Shown one piece after another: positions 10,029-18,611 of a stretch of 32,000 nt of DNA. The notes beneath the pieces were generated by a model. The model saw only the letters and a program-made list of their open reading frames with translations, did not search any database and had not been told where the DNA came from. The stretch is from positions 5,826 to 37,825 of the forward strand of contig NZ_PGGB02000013.1 of NCBI RefSeq assembly GCF_002803295.2, in the 5' to 3' direction. The position numbers were made by a program, and so were the translations under genes. Position 1 is the stretch's first letter. The number at the start of each line of letters is the position of its first letter. The DNA is from Caedibacter taeniospiralis. GTDB lineage: Bacteria > Pseudomonadota > Gammaproteobacteria > Francisellales > Francisellaceae.

Positions 10029-10575
10029 AGCAAAGTAGGGGCGAAAAATGTTTCGCTTTTTATTAAATCTTCTTCCAGTGCGAGCAATGCCTTCTCAAAA
10101 TTAATGACAAGAATTCCATCACTAAGATATCGATCTTCCTTGCCCATATAGAGAATCGTGCACTTAGCCATAGGGTAATCCTGTTTAAAATGCTTAAGAC
10201 CTGTTGGCATTCTGCAGAAATGACGGGGTCAGGGCTGATTTTCGCACACTACCCCCAACAATATAATAATTGGAAAGTTTAAGTCGATCGATGAATTCAA
10301 TCAAAACATCAGTAAAACCCTTTATGCTGTAGTACCAAGCATATTGATGGCAATCAACGTAGTTTGATAAACCATGTCCAGGAAAATCGAGGCAAACCAA
10401 GTTGTACTGCTTTTAATAAATCGCAAAGTGGTTCATATGATGTTGTCGATGAATGAAAAGCATGTAATAACAGCAAAGTTGTATTTTTCCCAGATATGGC
10501 ATTTGAGTAGTGTAGATTTCCAAATTTAAAATTCATAATATCTGACTGCATACTGATTAATTTTTTTACTGTCAT
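10025..10575 (-). pseudogene. Alpha/beta hydrolase fold protein, frameshifted and interrupted remnant
   Basis: Three overlapping short minus-strand ORFs in different frames carry consecutive pieces of one protein: LLLLHAFHSSTTSYEPL, MVCLDFPGHGLSNYV...YYIVGGS, and CTILYMGKEDRYLSDG. Confidence 0.8.
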
Positions 10576-11759
10576 ATGACCGCTCCCGCGATTAATGCCG
10601 ATAAAAAGCTGACCATAGTGGCACCATATACTAAGCGCCAGCCATGGCGCGATACAAATTTAGCGCGTTCGCTATTTAGTGCAGCTACTGCGCCAACGAC
10701 GATACCAATTGAGCTAAAGTTGGCAAAAGAAACCAGAAAGATCGAGATAATCGCAACGCTATGTGAAGAGAATTGCGTTAAGTGTTCTTTTAAGTAAAGC
10801 ATTGCCACAAACTCATTTGAGACGAGCTTAGTTGCTATAATCCCACCTGCTTGTACCATTTCATTAGCGGAGATTCCAAGTAGCCAGGCTAAGGGTGAGA
10901 AGATCAATCCTAAAAGTGACTGAAAGGTGAGACCAAAAATTCCGTTAAAAATCCCATTTAGCATGCTGATTAAGGCAATGAAGCCGATAAGCATGGCGCC
11001 AACAATAATCGCTACTTTAAAGCCGTCTAACGTATATTCACTTAGCACTTCAAAAAACGTTTGCTTCTTACCAGAATGCAAACTCATATCTTCAAAACTT
11101 TGTTCTTGGCTTTGCTCATAGGGATTTAAAATATGCAATACAATAAACGTGCTGAGCATATTAAGGATGAGTGCGGCGATGATATATTTTGAGTCCAATA
11201 TTTGCATATAAGAACCAACAATTCCCAGTGAAACGGTTGACATGGCAGTTGCCGCCATCGTGTACATTCGGCGTTCCGAGATTTGCGAGAGAATGTTTTT
11301 ATAGGCAATAAAGTTCTCAGATTGCCCTAGAATCAAGGAGCTTAACGCATTAAAAGACTCAAGCTTACCCATACCGTTAATTTTTGATAAAATCCAGCCT
11401 CCACCGCGAATAATAAGTGGCAGAATTTTAAGATATTGCAAAATCCCGATTAATGCCGAAACCAGAACGATTGGCATAAGCACATTGAAGAAAAAGACAA
11501 AATTATCAGGCACGACTGAGCCAAAGACAAATTTAGTTCCTTCCATGGCGTATTGCATGATATATTCAAAGCCCAGAGAGATAACATGAATACTGTTGGC
11601 GCCTGCTTCTGACTTTAAGAGAAAATAAGCAACAACAATTTCAATAATAATCAGTTGGATAACAAACCTGAATTTGATCTCTTTACGACTCATGCTGGTA
11701 AAATACAGCGCGGTGACCAGAATAATAAACGCAAGCAAAAAGTGTAGCAGTTTGGACAT
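10572..11759 (-). CDS. NupC-family (CNT) concentrative nucleoside transporter
   Basis: EGTKFVFGSVV, SALIGILQYLKILPLIIRGGG, LGQSENFIAYK, and a multi-TM hydrophobicity pattern. Confidence 0.9.
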   Translation of the reverse strand: MSKLLHFLLAFIILVTALYFTSMSRKEIKFRFVIQLIIIEIVVAYFLLKSEAGANSIHVISLGFEYIMQYAMEGTKFVFGSVVPDNFVFFFNVLMPIVLVSALIGILQYLKILPLIIRGGGWILSKINGMGKLESFNALSSLILGQSENFIAYKNILSQISERRMYTMAATAMSTVSLGIVGSYMQILDSKYIIAALILNMLSTFIVLHILNPYEQSQEQSFEDMSLHSGKKQTFFEVLSEYTLDGFKVAIIVGAMLIGFIALISMLNGIFNGIFGLTFQSLLGLIFSPLAWLLGISANEMVQAGGIIATKLVSNEFVAMLYLKEHLTQFSSHSVAIISIFLVSFANFSSIGIVVGAVAALNSERAKFVSRHGWRLVYGATMVSFLSALIAGAVI

Positions 11760-11925
11760 TCCTTATTTTTCCTTCAGGTTGATTTGGTGTGATAAATAAA
11801 TTTAACCGCGCGCATGTTAATACTTTTGGATCAAATTGTCATGTAATTTAGGATGCAAGAGCACGATTAAAAGTGTTAGTTTTTTGAGTGCTCGGCGACA
11901 TTGCCTTTCCCCTTGCCTTACCTTA

Positions 11926-11985
11926 CCTTACCACTCTAGAGAGGAGTGGTAAGGCTTGTGGGAGAGGTCGCCTTGCCAAGCAAGG
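11926..11985. repeat. Compound inverted repeats downstream of the DUF2063 gene
   Basis: CCTTACCACTC-TAGAGAG-GAGTGGTAAGG (11926-11954) and CGCCTTGC-CAA-GCAAGGCG (about 11969-11987), preceded by CCTTACCTTACCTTACC. Confidence 0.7.
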
Positions 11986-12736
11986 CGGGTGGGGGGTAGA
12001 TTACCCCTTCATTTAATAAATTCCACATTAAAGTCCGATTGCTTGCCATTACTTTTGCTACTTCCTTCTTATCCTTGATAAGCATTACTTGTCCAAGCGC
12101 CTGCTTGAGCGTTTGAGGTGTCTGTTTTAAATGCTGTAAAAATCTTGCGGTTAGCGCATTTAATTCAAGGGATTGAACTGCGTCTTTGCTATTGCGATAA
12201 ATGCAAAAAAAAGTGGGCTTTTGATCCCCTATCTCAGGCAAAAATGTCGCGCTAATTTGATGCACAGGATAATGATAAGCGACAATTTCAGCGACATCAG
12301 ACACAGAATATATCGTGTGATTATCATCAATTTCTCGAGTCATTAAAGTCGATGGCGCCTCGCCTTCAGCCATTTCAATGACCATTTCCATCCACTCATA
12401 ATGCGCAAGCTCCATTAAGAAAGGGTAATCTGTTTGCCACAGCATTTTATGGTGCAGTAAGAATTCAACAAAGCTTTGAGGAATTTCATAGAAGAAGGGG
12501 GATTGGCATGGATGCTCAGCATAGAATTGTGTGACTATTTCGTGCCACTTTTTTGAGGGTAGTGCATTTATACAGATTGGAAAACAATTACTCAGCAATT
12601 CATTTATTCCGTTAAAAAAAGATTGCTCATACACTTGCATCCTTTGAAGCGGAATACCTTCAGGCAGAGGCACTCTATCTTTGTGACGTATGCGTCTGGC
12701 AAAGCTTTTTTGGGTGGCTTGAAATTCAAATGGCAT
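11936..12736 (-). CDS. DUF2063 domain protein (BufC/HvfC-like RiPP modification partner)
   Basis: MPFEFQATQKSFARRIRHKDRVPLPEGIPLQRMQVYEQSFFNGINELLSNCFPI... and FLMELAHYEWMEMVIEMAE-type motifs. It overlaps the DUF692 gene by 11 bp. Confidence 0.88.
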   Translation of the reverse strand: MPFEFQATQKSFARRIRHKDRVPLPEGIPLQRMQVYEQSFFNGINELLSNCFPICINALPSKKWHEIVTQFYAEHPCQSPFFYEIPQSFVEFLLHHKMLWQTDYPFLMELAHYEWMEMVIEMAEGEAPSTLMTREIDDNHTIYSVSDVAEIVAYHYPVHQISATFLPEIGDQKPTFFCIYRNSKDAVQSLELNALTARFLQHLKQTPQTLKQALGQVMLIKDKKEVAKVMASNRTLMWNLLNEGVIYPPPALLGKATSPTSLTTPL

Positions 12737-13571
12737 AAGCTTTCCCCTCTATAAAACGCTGTTGTAATTGCTGAAGTTGCTTTGTCTCTTGTAGCAAAAC
12801 CTCTAATTGAGGGACTTCATTATCGCGCTCAAGCAAAGTAGGCAAGAGCCCATGCTTTTGATAGGTGTAATTGAGCAGTTGCCAAACAGGCTCGATTACC
12901 TCATCACCATGGGTATCAATAATCAAATCGGGAGCCTTTTGCCAATGCCCTGCGATGTGGATATAGGCTATTTTATTCGTTGGCATTTGATCGATAAATC
13001 GGTAAGCGTCATAGCCATGATTAACGCTATTGACGTACACATTATTCACATCGAGTAACAACAAACAATCCCCTTCACGAAGAATTGCGTTGATAAAGTC
13101 CGCCTCTGACATATCTCCCTTGGGTAAGGCGTAATAAGAGATGTTTTCCAAAGCAATGCGCTGCTGTAACGCTTCTTGGACCTGTTTAATCCGCTTGACC
13201 ACATAACTCACCGCTTCTTCTGTGAAAGGAATAGGCATCAAATCATATAGCTGCCCCTGGCTGTCACTGCAAAAACTCAAGTGTTCACTGTAAAGTTGAA
13301 TCTTGTGGTTGTGGAAAAATCTTTTTAAAGATTCAATGAAACTTATGTCCAGTGGAACCAATCCACCAATAGACAACGACAAACCATGGCAGATCATGGG
13401 ATATTGCTCGCTATAGGCACGGAGTATTTTTTGGCGCTTGCCACCAATTCCCAGCCAGTTTTCAGGAACAATCTCAAGAAAATCAACAGGATGTGGCTTC
13501 ATTGCTAATAATGGACCCATAAACTGGCGTCTTAAACCAAGACCGCATGTGCCAATATTGTCTAGTGACAT
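12726..13571 (-). CDS. DUF692 / MNIO family multinuclear non-heme iron enzyme (BufB/HvfB-like)
   Basis: GLGLRRQFMGPLLAMKPHPVDFLEIVPENWLG, LSEHLSFC, ERIALENISYY-type, LLLDVNNVYVNSVNHGYD, and IAYIHIAGH. The ATG at 13571 has an AGGGAAG RBS. Confidence 0.92.
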   Translation of the reverse strand: MSLDNIGTCGLGLRRQFMGPLLAMKPHPVDFLEIVPENWLGIGGKRQKILRAYSEQYPMICHGLSLSIGGLVPLDISFIESLKRFFHNHKIQLYSEHLSFCSDSQGQLYDLMPIPFTEEAVSYVVKRIKQVQEALQQRIALENISYYALPKGDMSEADFINAILREGDCLLLLDVNNVYVNSVNHGYDAYRFIDQMPTNKIAYIHIAGHWQKAPDLIIDTHGDEVIEPVWQLLNYTYQKHGLLPTLLERDNEVPQLEVLLQETKQLQQLQQRFIEGKAYAI

Positions 13572-13591
13572 AGTAACTTCCCTGCAACACA

Positions 13592-13921
13592 CTATTGGTC
13601 AGTATTGCTCGCACCGCAAGAACCGTCACTATCTTTCATGTTTGAGCCGCAAGCACCATCACTGTCTTTCATGTTGGCGCCACAAGATCTGTCTGCTTTA
13701 TTACCCATTGAATCAGCACTTGCCCCATCCATGTTTTTCTGTTGCGTGCCCATTTTGTTTGCGCCGCATTTTCCAGCACCACATTGACCATCTGCTTTTT
13801 GCATGAATTGTCCTGAGCCCATTTGCGTAGCCTGCATAGTATTGGAGTCAGCATAACTTGCGCTCATTGCAAGACTCAAAGCTAACCCTGTTCCCATAGC
13901 GATTAATGATTTTTTATCCAT
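13592..13921 (-). CDS. Sec-secreted Cys-rich precursor peptide (BufA/HvfA-like) with tandem CG[A/S]NMKDSDG repeats
   Basis: 109 aa: signal peptide MDKKSLIAMGTGLALSLAMSASYA, then GQCGAGKCGANK and SCGANMKDSDGACGSNMKDSDGSCGASNTDQ. Immediately upstream of the DUF692 gene, same strand. Confidence 0.88.
   Translation of the reverse strand: MDKKSLIAMGTGLALSLAMSASYADSNTMQATQMGSGQFMQKADGQCGAGKCGANKMGTQQKNMDGASADSMGNKADRSCGANMKDSDGACGSNMKDSDGSCGASNTDQ
13595..13684 (-). repeat. 33-bp in-frame tandem repeat in the precursor-peptide core region
   Basis: Encodes CGANMKDSDGA / CGSNMKDSDGS / CGASNTDQ (11-aa period). Confidence 0.85.
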
Positions 13922-14101
13922 TTTATTTTCTCCTTTAATTACAGTTATGTAAAGAATCACACCAATGATGCAAGTGAAGGCGCACGCTTAGAGTGATCAT
14001 TCCGAGCATTAGGCTATTATGATATTTTTTGATTTGCAATGGAAATACAAATTTATTTCAAGGTGATTGGTGAACTATGGGATAAAGATGAAAGGACGAG
14101 G

Positions 14102-14303
14102 CGAAACTTTATAGTGCCACCCATAACTGCCGCTGCTTACATGGCTCTTGAACCCTCAAGAACCAAGTGGGTGCGCTCGCTGTTTCTTGGGCTTCTCAGT
14201 CATGCTGAGCATGCACGCCAAAACAAGTACTACGCTCCCGATATTTATACATCGGCTCAAGAATGTAAAGACTGGCTAACAGCACAGGCGACACTAAACT
14301 TCG
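14102..14303 (-). ncRNA. ssrS: 6S RNA
   Basis: The minus-strand sequence contains CCAGTC...TGAGCCGAT...GCATGCTCagcatgacTGAGAAGCCcaag...cagCGagcgcac...CTTGAGGGTTCAAGagcc...CagCGGCag. These blocks occur in the same order as in E. coli 6S RNA as recalled. A terminal closing stem AGTGTCGCC/GGTGGCACT is present. It lies divergent to a UPF0149 gene, as in E. coli. Confidence 0.92.
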
Positions 14304-14309
14304 ACTTAG

Positions 14310-14338
14310 ATCATAGAAGTATCCGTGCTTGAGTGCAA
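14310..14338 (-). promoter_or_regulatory. Sigma70 promoter of 6S RNA
   Basis: On the minus strand: TTGCAC (14338-14333), 17-nt spacer, TATGAT (14315-14310), about 7 nt before the predicted RNA 5' end. Confidence 0.8.
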
Positions 14339-14422
14339 GCGATTTGTCGTAAAAAAAATTTAGATAAAAATAAACGACAATGATACGATGGGCGCATGCT
14401 GATTTTAATGACTTAAATAATA

Positions 14423-14998
14423 ATGGAAACAATACAAAAATATAGCTTATCTGATTATCAGGAAATTACGTATGCCTTAAGAAAAATAAACGCGCTGTCA
14501 GAGGCTTCGGAAGCACATGCTTTACTTTGTGCCTTGTTCACAGGTGGAGCTGAGGTTCGCATTCAAGCATGGATGGACTCTCTCATGGCTGAGCCCATTG
14601 AAGAGGGTGATGTTGTTGCAGAAGCTGCATTAAAAGTACTAAGCAATATGTATCAAGCAACCAAGGCGCAGTTTTTAGCGCATGATATGCAGTTTGATTT
14701 GTTATTGCCAAGTGATGAAGAAAAGTTTTATGTGCGCATAGATGCGCTTGCAATGTGGTGCCAGGGCTTTTTGTCTGGACTTGGGTTAATGGAAATCAAC
14801 TACACCAAAGGATCTGCTGAAGTCCAAGAGGCGATTACAGATTTAATTGATATGTCGCGCTTGCAGTATGATGGTGAGATTACAGGGCAGGAAGAGGAAG
14901 AAAAAGCCTATACCGAACTTGTCGAATACACTAAAGTTGCGGTACTTCTTATCCACAGTGAGTTTGGGTTAAAGCGCTCATATGCAGAAAGCCAATGA
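14423..14998 (+). CDS. UPF0149 family (YgfB/YecA-like) protein
   Basis: ALLCALFTGGAEVRIQAWMDSL, DALAMWCQGFLSGLGL, and EEEEKAYTELVEYTKVAVLLIHSEF. Confidence 0.88.
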   Translation: METIQKYSLSDYQEITYALRKINALSEASEAHALLCALFTGGAEVRIQAWMDSLMAEPIEEGDVVAEAALKVLSNMYQATKAQFLAHDMQFDLLLPSDEEKFYVRIDALAMWCQGFLSGLGLMEINYTKGSAEVQEAITDLIDMSRLQYDGEITGQEEEEKAYTELVEYTKVAVLLIHSEFGLKRSYAESQ

Positions 14999-16229
14999 AA
15001 TGAGTACGGATCATAAAGAGATTGTCATTATTGGTGGTGGCGCCGTTGGAATGCTTATGGCATTGGCGTTATCAAGCTTAGATAAAAAAATTACTTTAAT
15101 TGAAAAACAATCAGTGTTGCAATCAGATAAAGTTGATAATCGTTCAATTGCACTTTCGTATACCTCAGTATGTGTGCTTAATGCCTTAGGTGTCTGGCAG
15201 AAAATTGAGCAGGATGTTGAACTAATCAAACAGGTACACGTATCGGATAAAAGGGGTTTCAGCCAAACTAATTTATTCGCTAAGGACGAAGGTTTACCTT
15301 TTCTGGGTTGCGTTGTTAAACTAAGGCATTTAGTGCCAGTGCTTTTTGAATTACTGCAAAATCAGATGCAACTAGAGATATGGCAAGACACTGAGGTGGT
15401 TGATCTATGTGAACAAGGAGATGGTGAGTTTCAGTTATTGATAGCGAAAACGGGGCAAGAAACCAAAGTAAATGCCAGACTGATTGTTGCTGCGGATGGA
15501 GCTTGGTCGAAGCTTCGGACTAAAGCGGGCATTGCATCGACTGAATATGATTATCAGCAAAGCGCGTTGGTATTTGATATTCAGCTGCAAAAGTCACATC
15601 AGAATATCGCGTATGAGCGTTTTATTCATGACGGAGTTATGGCGATGTTGCCTGTGACCAAAAAGCAGATGGCGTGCGTTTGGAGTGTGGATCGTGAAAA
15701 AGTAGCGTACTGGCATCAGCAGAGTAAAAGCACTATTTTAAAGGAAGTTCAGCGCATTTTCTCCTATCGCTTGGGGCGTTTTGTAGATATCGGTGAGATC
15801 AGCAGTTTCCCACTATCCTTGATTCAAGCACAATCGCTTTTTTGTAAAAATTTACTGGTATTTGGTAATGCCTCTCATTTTTTGCATCCTATTTCTGGGC
15901 AAGGATTGAATTTGAGTATTCGTGATATTGGCATTTTGTATGATTTACTAAAGCAAGAGCACCATTTCTCGCATGAGAGCATTGAAAATATGCTGGCAGC
16001 ATATCAGCGGCTAAGGCAATTTGATCACAAACGCACGGCGATGCTAACACACACTATGCTTCAGGTTTTTAATCAATCCTCAATGCCGATAAAATTGTTC
16101 CGTGGTGTTCTGCTTCACTGTTTAGAACGTGATCAAATTTTTAAAAAGACATTTAGTAGACTGATGATGGGCAAATATAATTATGGATCAACCTTGGCTC
16201 AGCAGGTGAATTTATGCAATATGAGGTGA
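14982..16229 (+). CDS. ubiH: UbiH/UbiF/VisC-family FAD monooxygenase, likely 2-octaprenyl-6-methoxyphenol hydroxylase
   Basis: EIVIIGGGAVGMLMALALSSL, RSIALSYTSVCVLNALGVW, and NASHFLHPISGQGLNLSIRDI. Confidence 0.85.
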   Translation: MQKANEMSTDHKEIVIIGGGAVGMLMALALSSLDKKITLIEKQSVLQSDKVDNRSIALSYTSVCVLNALGVWQKIEQDVELIKQVHVSDKRGFSQTNLFAKDEGLPFLGCVVKLRHLVPVLFELLQNQMQLEIWQDTEVVDLCEQGDGEFQLLIAKTGQETKVNARLIVAADGAWSKLRTKAGIASTEYDYQQSALVFDIQLQKSHQNIAYERFIHDGVMAMLPVTKKQMACVWSVDREKVAYWHQQSKSTILKEVQRIFSYRLGRFVDIGEISSFPLSLIQAQSLFCKNLLVFGNASHFLHPISGQGLNLSIRDIGILYDLLKQEHHFSHESIENMLAAYQRLRQFDHKRTAMLTHTMLQVFNQSSMPIKLFRGVLLHCLERDQIFKKTFSRLMMGKYNYGSTLAQQVNLCNMR

Positions 16230-17386
16230 TTGTTGTTGGTGCTGGCATGGCGGGTCTTACGTGCGCGCTTGGCTTAGCGCAAAGTGGGTTTAAAGTGGCA
16301 ATTATTGAGGCAAATAAAATAGCTAAAGATTTTGAAATCACTCAATCGATTAAGCGTGTCAGTGCCATCAATCAGGACTCGCAGCAATTGCTGCGAAAAT
16401 TAAGTGTCTGGCAGGATATGATTGAGCTTAGAGCGAGTGATTACGTAGGCATGGAAGTATGGGATCAAAATTCATCCGCCAAACTTGAGTTTAAGGCGCA
16501 TGATTTTTCTTTGATGAGTTTAGGAACAATTATTGAGAATGATTTAATTGTCGCTAAGCTATATCAGCGTTTAAAGGCGATGGATGTCCATTTTTTTGAA
16601 GGAGTACATATTACTGAAGTTTCGCAATCTCACTATACAAACATGCTAAAGTTGGCAGATGATTTAATGCTTGAGTGTCAGTTAATCGTTGGGGCTGATG
16701 GGGCTCATTCTTTTATTCGTCAATTTTTTAGATTTAGTTGTAAACACATGCCCTACCAGCATCGTGCGATTGTTGCTAATATCAGGACACAAAAAAAACA
16801 TGCTAATATTGCCTATCAGCGATTCTTACGTAATGGAGTATTGGCGTTTTTACCATTATCTCAGCCAGATGTGTGCTCAATCGTTTATTCGGTTAATACC
16901 CAACAGGCAGGCGATTTTTTGGCAATGAATGATGCTGCTTTTAGTGATCATATCAGCATTGCTTTAGAGGGTCGCTTAGGCGAGCTTAAGACCCAAAGTC
17001 CGAGAATGAGTTTTGAATTAATAGAGCGTCATACAGAGCGCTACTGTCAGGATGGCGTCGTGCTCATTGCCGATGCTGCACATACGATTCACCCATTGGC
17101 AGGGCAGGGCATTAATCTTGGTTTTGCTGATGTTAAAGCATTGATTGATGTCTTAAACGAGGCTAAGGCTCAAAAGCGCAATATTGCAGCGATGAGTACT
17201 CTGGCAAAATATGAGCGCAAACGTAGATTTGATAATCAATTGATGATTGAAATGATGCGCGGTTTAAAGCGGCTTTTTTGTAATGATAATCTTTTGCTTC
17301 GACCATTAAGGGAGCTCGGTATGAATCCGGTGAATAACAACAGGCTGTTAAAGCGCTTTTTTATTGAAAGAGCAGCAGGTTTATAG
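16214..17386 (+). CDS. UbiH/UbiF/VisC-family FAD monooxygenase (UbiI/VisC-like)
   Basis: EVIVVGAGMAGLTCALGLAQSG and GVVLIADAAHTIHPLAGQGINLGFADV. It overlaps the upstream hydroxylase. Confidence 0.88.
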   Translation: MQYEVIVVGAGMAGLTCALGLAQSGFKVAIIEANKIAKDFEITQSIKRVSAINQDSQQLLRKLSVWQDMIELRASDYVGMEVWDQNSSAKLEFKAHDFSLMSLGTIIENDLIVAKLYQRLKAMDVHFFEGVHITEVSQSHYTNMLKLADDLMLECQLIVGADGAHSFIRQFFRFSCKHMPYQHRAIVANIRTQKKHANIAYQRFLRNGVLAFLPLSQPDVCSIVYSVNTQQAGDFLAMNDAAFSDHISIALEGRLGELKTQSPRMSFELIERHTERYCQDGVVLIADAAHTIHPLAGQGINLGFADVKALIDVLNEAKAQKRNIAAMSTLAKYERKRRFDNQLMIEMMRGLKRLFCNDNLLLRPLRELGMNPVNNNRLLKRFFIERAAGL

Positions 17387-17467
17387 AGCAGCTGGTTTTG
17401 CCAATGATTCAACTACAGTAATCGTGTAACGTTTTAAAAATTAGAGTTAGTCCTGCAAAAAAATAGC

Positions 17468-18460
17468 TTATCCCATTATGCTGTGATCGTTGCATTCTGA
17501 TTCCCCAGTAACCTCTGCGGTATGCTTGTACAAGTAGGCTAATAATGCCTTTTCTTGCGTCGTAAAGTTGAGTGGTGCTTTGTTAAAACTTGACCTGGTA
17601 TAGTAAGGCGTTACTTCTTTAATCCAGTGAGTCAGTTTCATATAGTGGTTTTGATCGTATGTATTAAGCTCAACGAGCTGACCGTTTTTAACTTCAAGAG
17701 AGAAGCTTATATTATTAAAAACAAAACGGCGACTAAAGGGCAAAGTTTTACCAAAACGCCATTGCCATGTGCGGAGAGTTTTTTGTTCTTTTACAATTAG
17801 GGGGTGGGATAGATTGTCTGGTAAATAGGTAATTTGCTGCTGAAATTGGTGTAGAAAGGCATTTTCAATAATGGCTATGGTTGTTTGTGTATTAATTTCA
17901 CTGAGATTAATTACCTTTGAGCGATTGGATGGAACGCCTTTTGATGTAAGTGAATCATCTATCGTGTGGTGCAGGTAGTTATATAGCTTGCTTGTATCTG
18001 CATTAATCAGTAGCGTGCCATGGTGAAAGGATTTATCTCTGGTTTCACGGAAAGCGCTGCCTGAGATTTTGTAGTCAGTATTCTTATACGTAACCAGAAT
18101 ATCATTGTGTGGTGAGGCATGGGCATTAATGCCACAACACCTTAGGATATCAATGATTAGTGCCAAATTAGCCTGTTTATTATAATCCTCTGATTTTGCC
18201 ATGATCGTATAGTTTAAATTACCCAGATCATGATAAACCGTGCCACCACCACTTTGACGGCGCACGATGGGGATACGATCTTTATTTAAGGCATCGATAT
18301 TACATTCACGCCATGGGTTTTGCGCGCGACCAATCACGACACAAGGGCTGTTTTGCCATAAATATAAAATAGGGGTGTCAGTCAGCATTTCACGAAATAG
18401 CCAGTTTTCAACAGCCAGGTTATAGAAAGGGTCACGACTTGTAGCGATATAGAGGTTCAT
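17468..18460 (-). CDS. lplA: Lipoate-protein ligase A
   Basis: MNLYIATSRDPFYNLAVENWLFREM, NSPCVVIGRAQNPWRECN, RRQSGGGTVYHDLGNLNYT, and DYKISGSAFRETRDKSFHHGTLL. The start is trimmed from the longer ORF. Confidence 0.93.
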   Translation of the reverse strand: MNLYIATSRDPFYNLAVENWLFREMLTDTPILYLWQNSPCVVIGRAQNPWRECNIDALNKDRIPIVRRQSGGGTVYHDLGNLNYTIMAKSEDYNKQANLALIIDILRCCGINAHASPHNDILVTYKNTDYKISGSAFRETRDKSFHHGTLLINADTSKLYNYLHHTIDDSLTSKGVPSNRSKVINLSEINTQTTIAIIENAFLHQFQQQITYLPDNLSHPLIVKEQKTLRTWQWRFGKTLPFSRRFVFNNISFSLEVKNGQLVELNTYDQNHYMKLTHWIKEVTPYYTRSSFNKAPLNFTTQEKALLAYLYKHTAEVTGESECNDHSIMG

Positions 18461-18611
18461 TTGTTTAGGTATTTTGTATTTTGAGGGTGGTAATTTTAGA
18501 GAAAAGTGAGAACTAAAGCCAATGTAAATTGGTTTAAACAAATATTCATGAATCGGAAGCTTTCCATAAAAGGCAACGTAAGGGTATTTTGGCGAAAGCA
18601 CATTAAGACCT

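Noticed and set aside
12807-13806. Plus-strand ORFs 12807..13058 and 13438..13806
   Set aside because: They are antisense to the DUF692 and precursor-peptide genes, with Pro/Cys/His-biased translations typical of opposite-strand reading.
14039-14332. 97-aa + strand ORF upstream of the UPF0149 gene
   Set aside because: It lies antisense to the 6S RNA and has no recognisable protein family features. Its openness is best explained by chance over structured RNA.
14196-14432. 78-aa - strand ORF
   Set aside because: It overlaps the 6S RNA 5' part and its promoter, and has a biased, non-protein-like composition.
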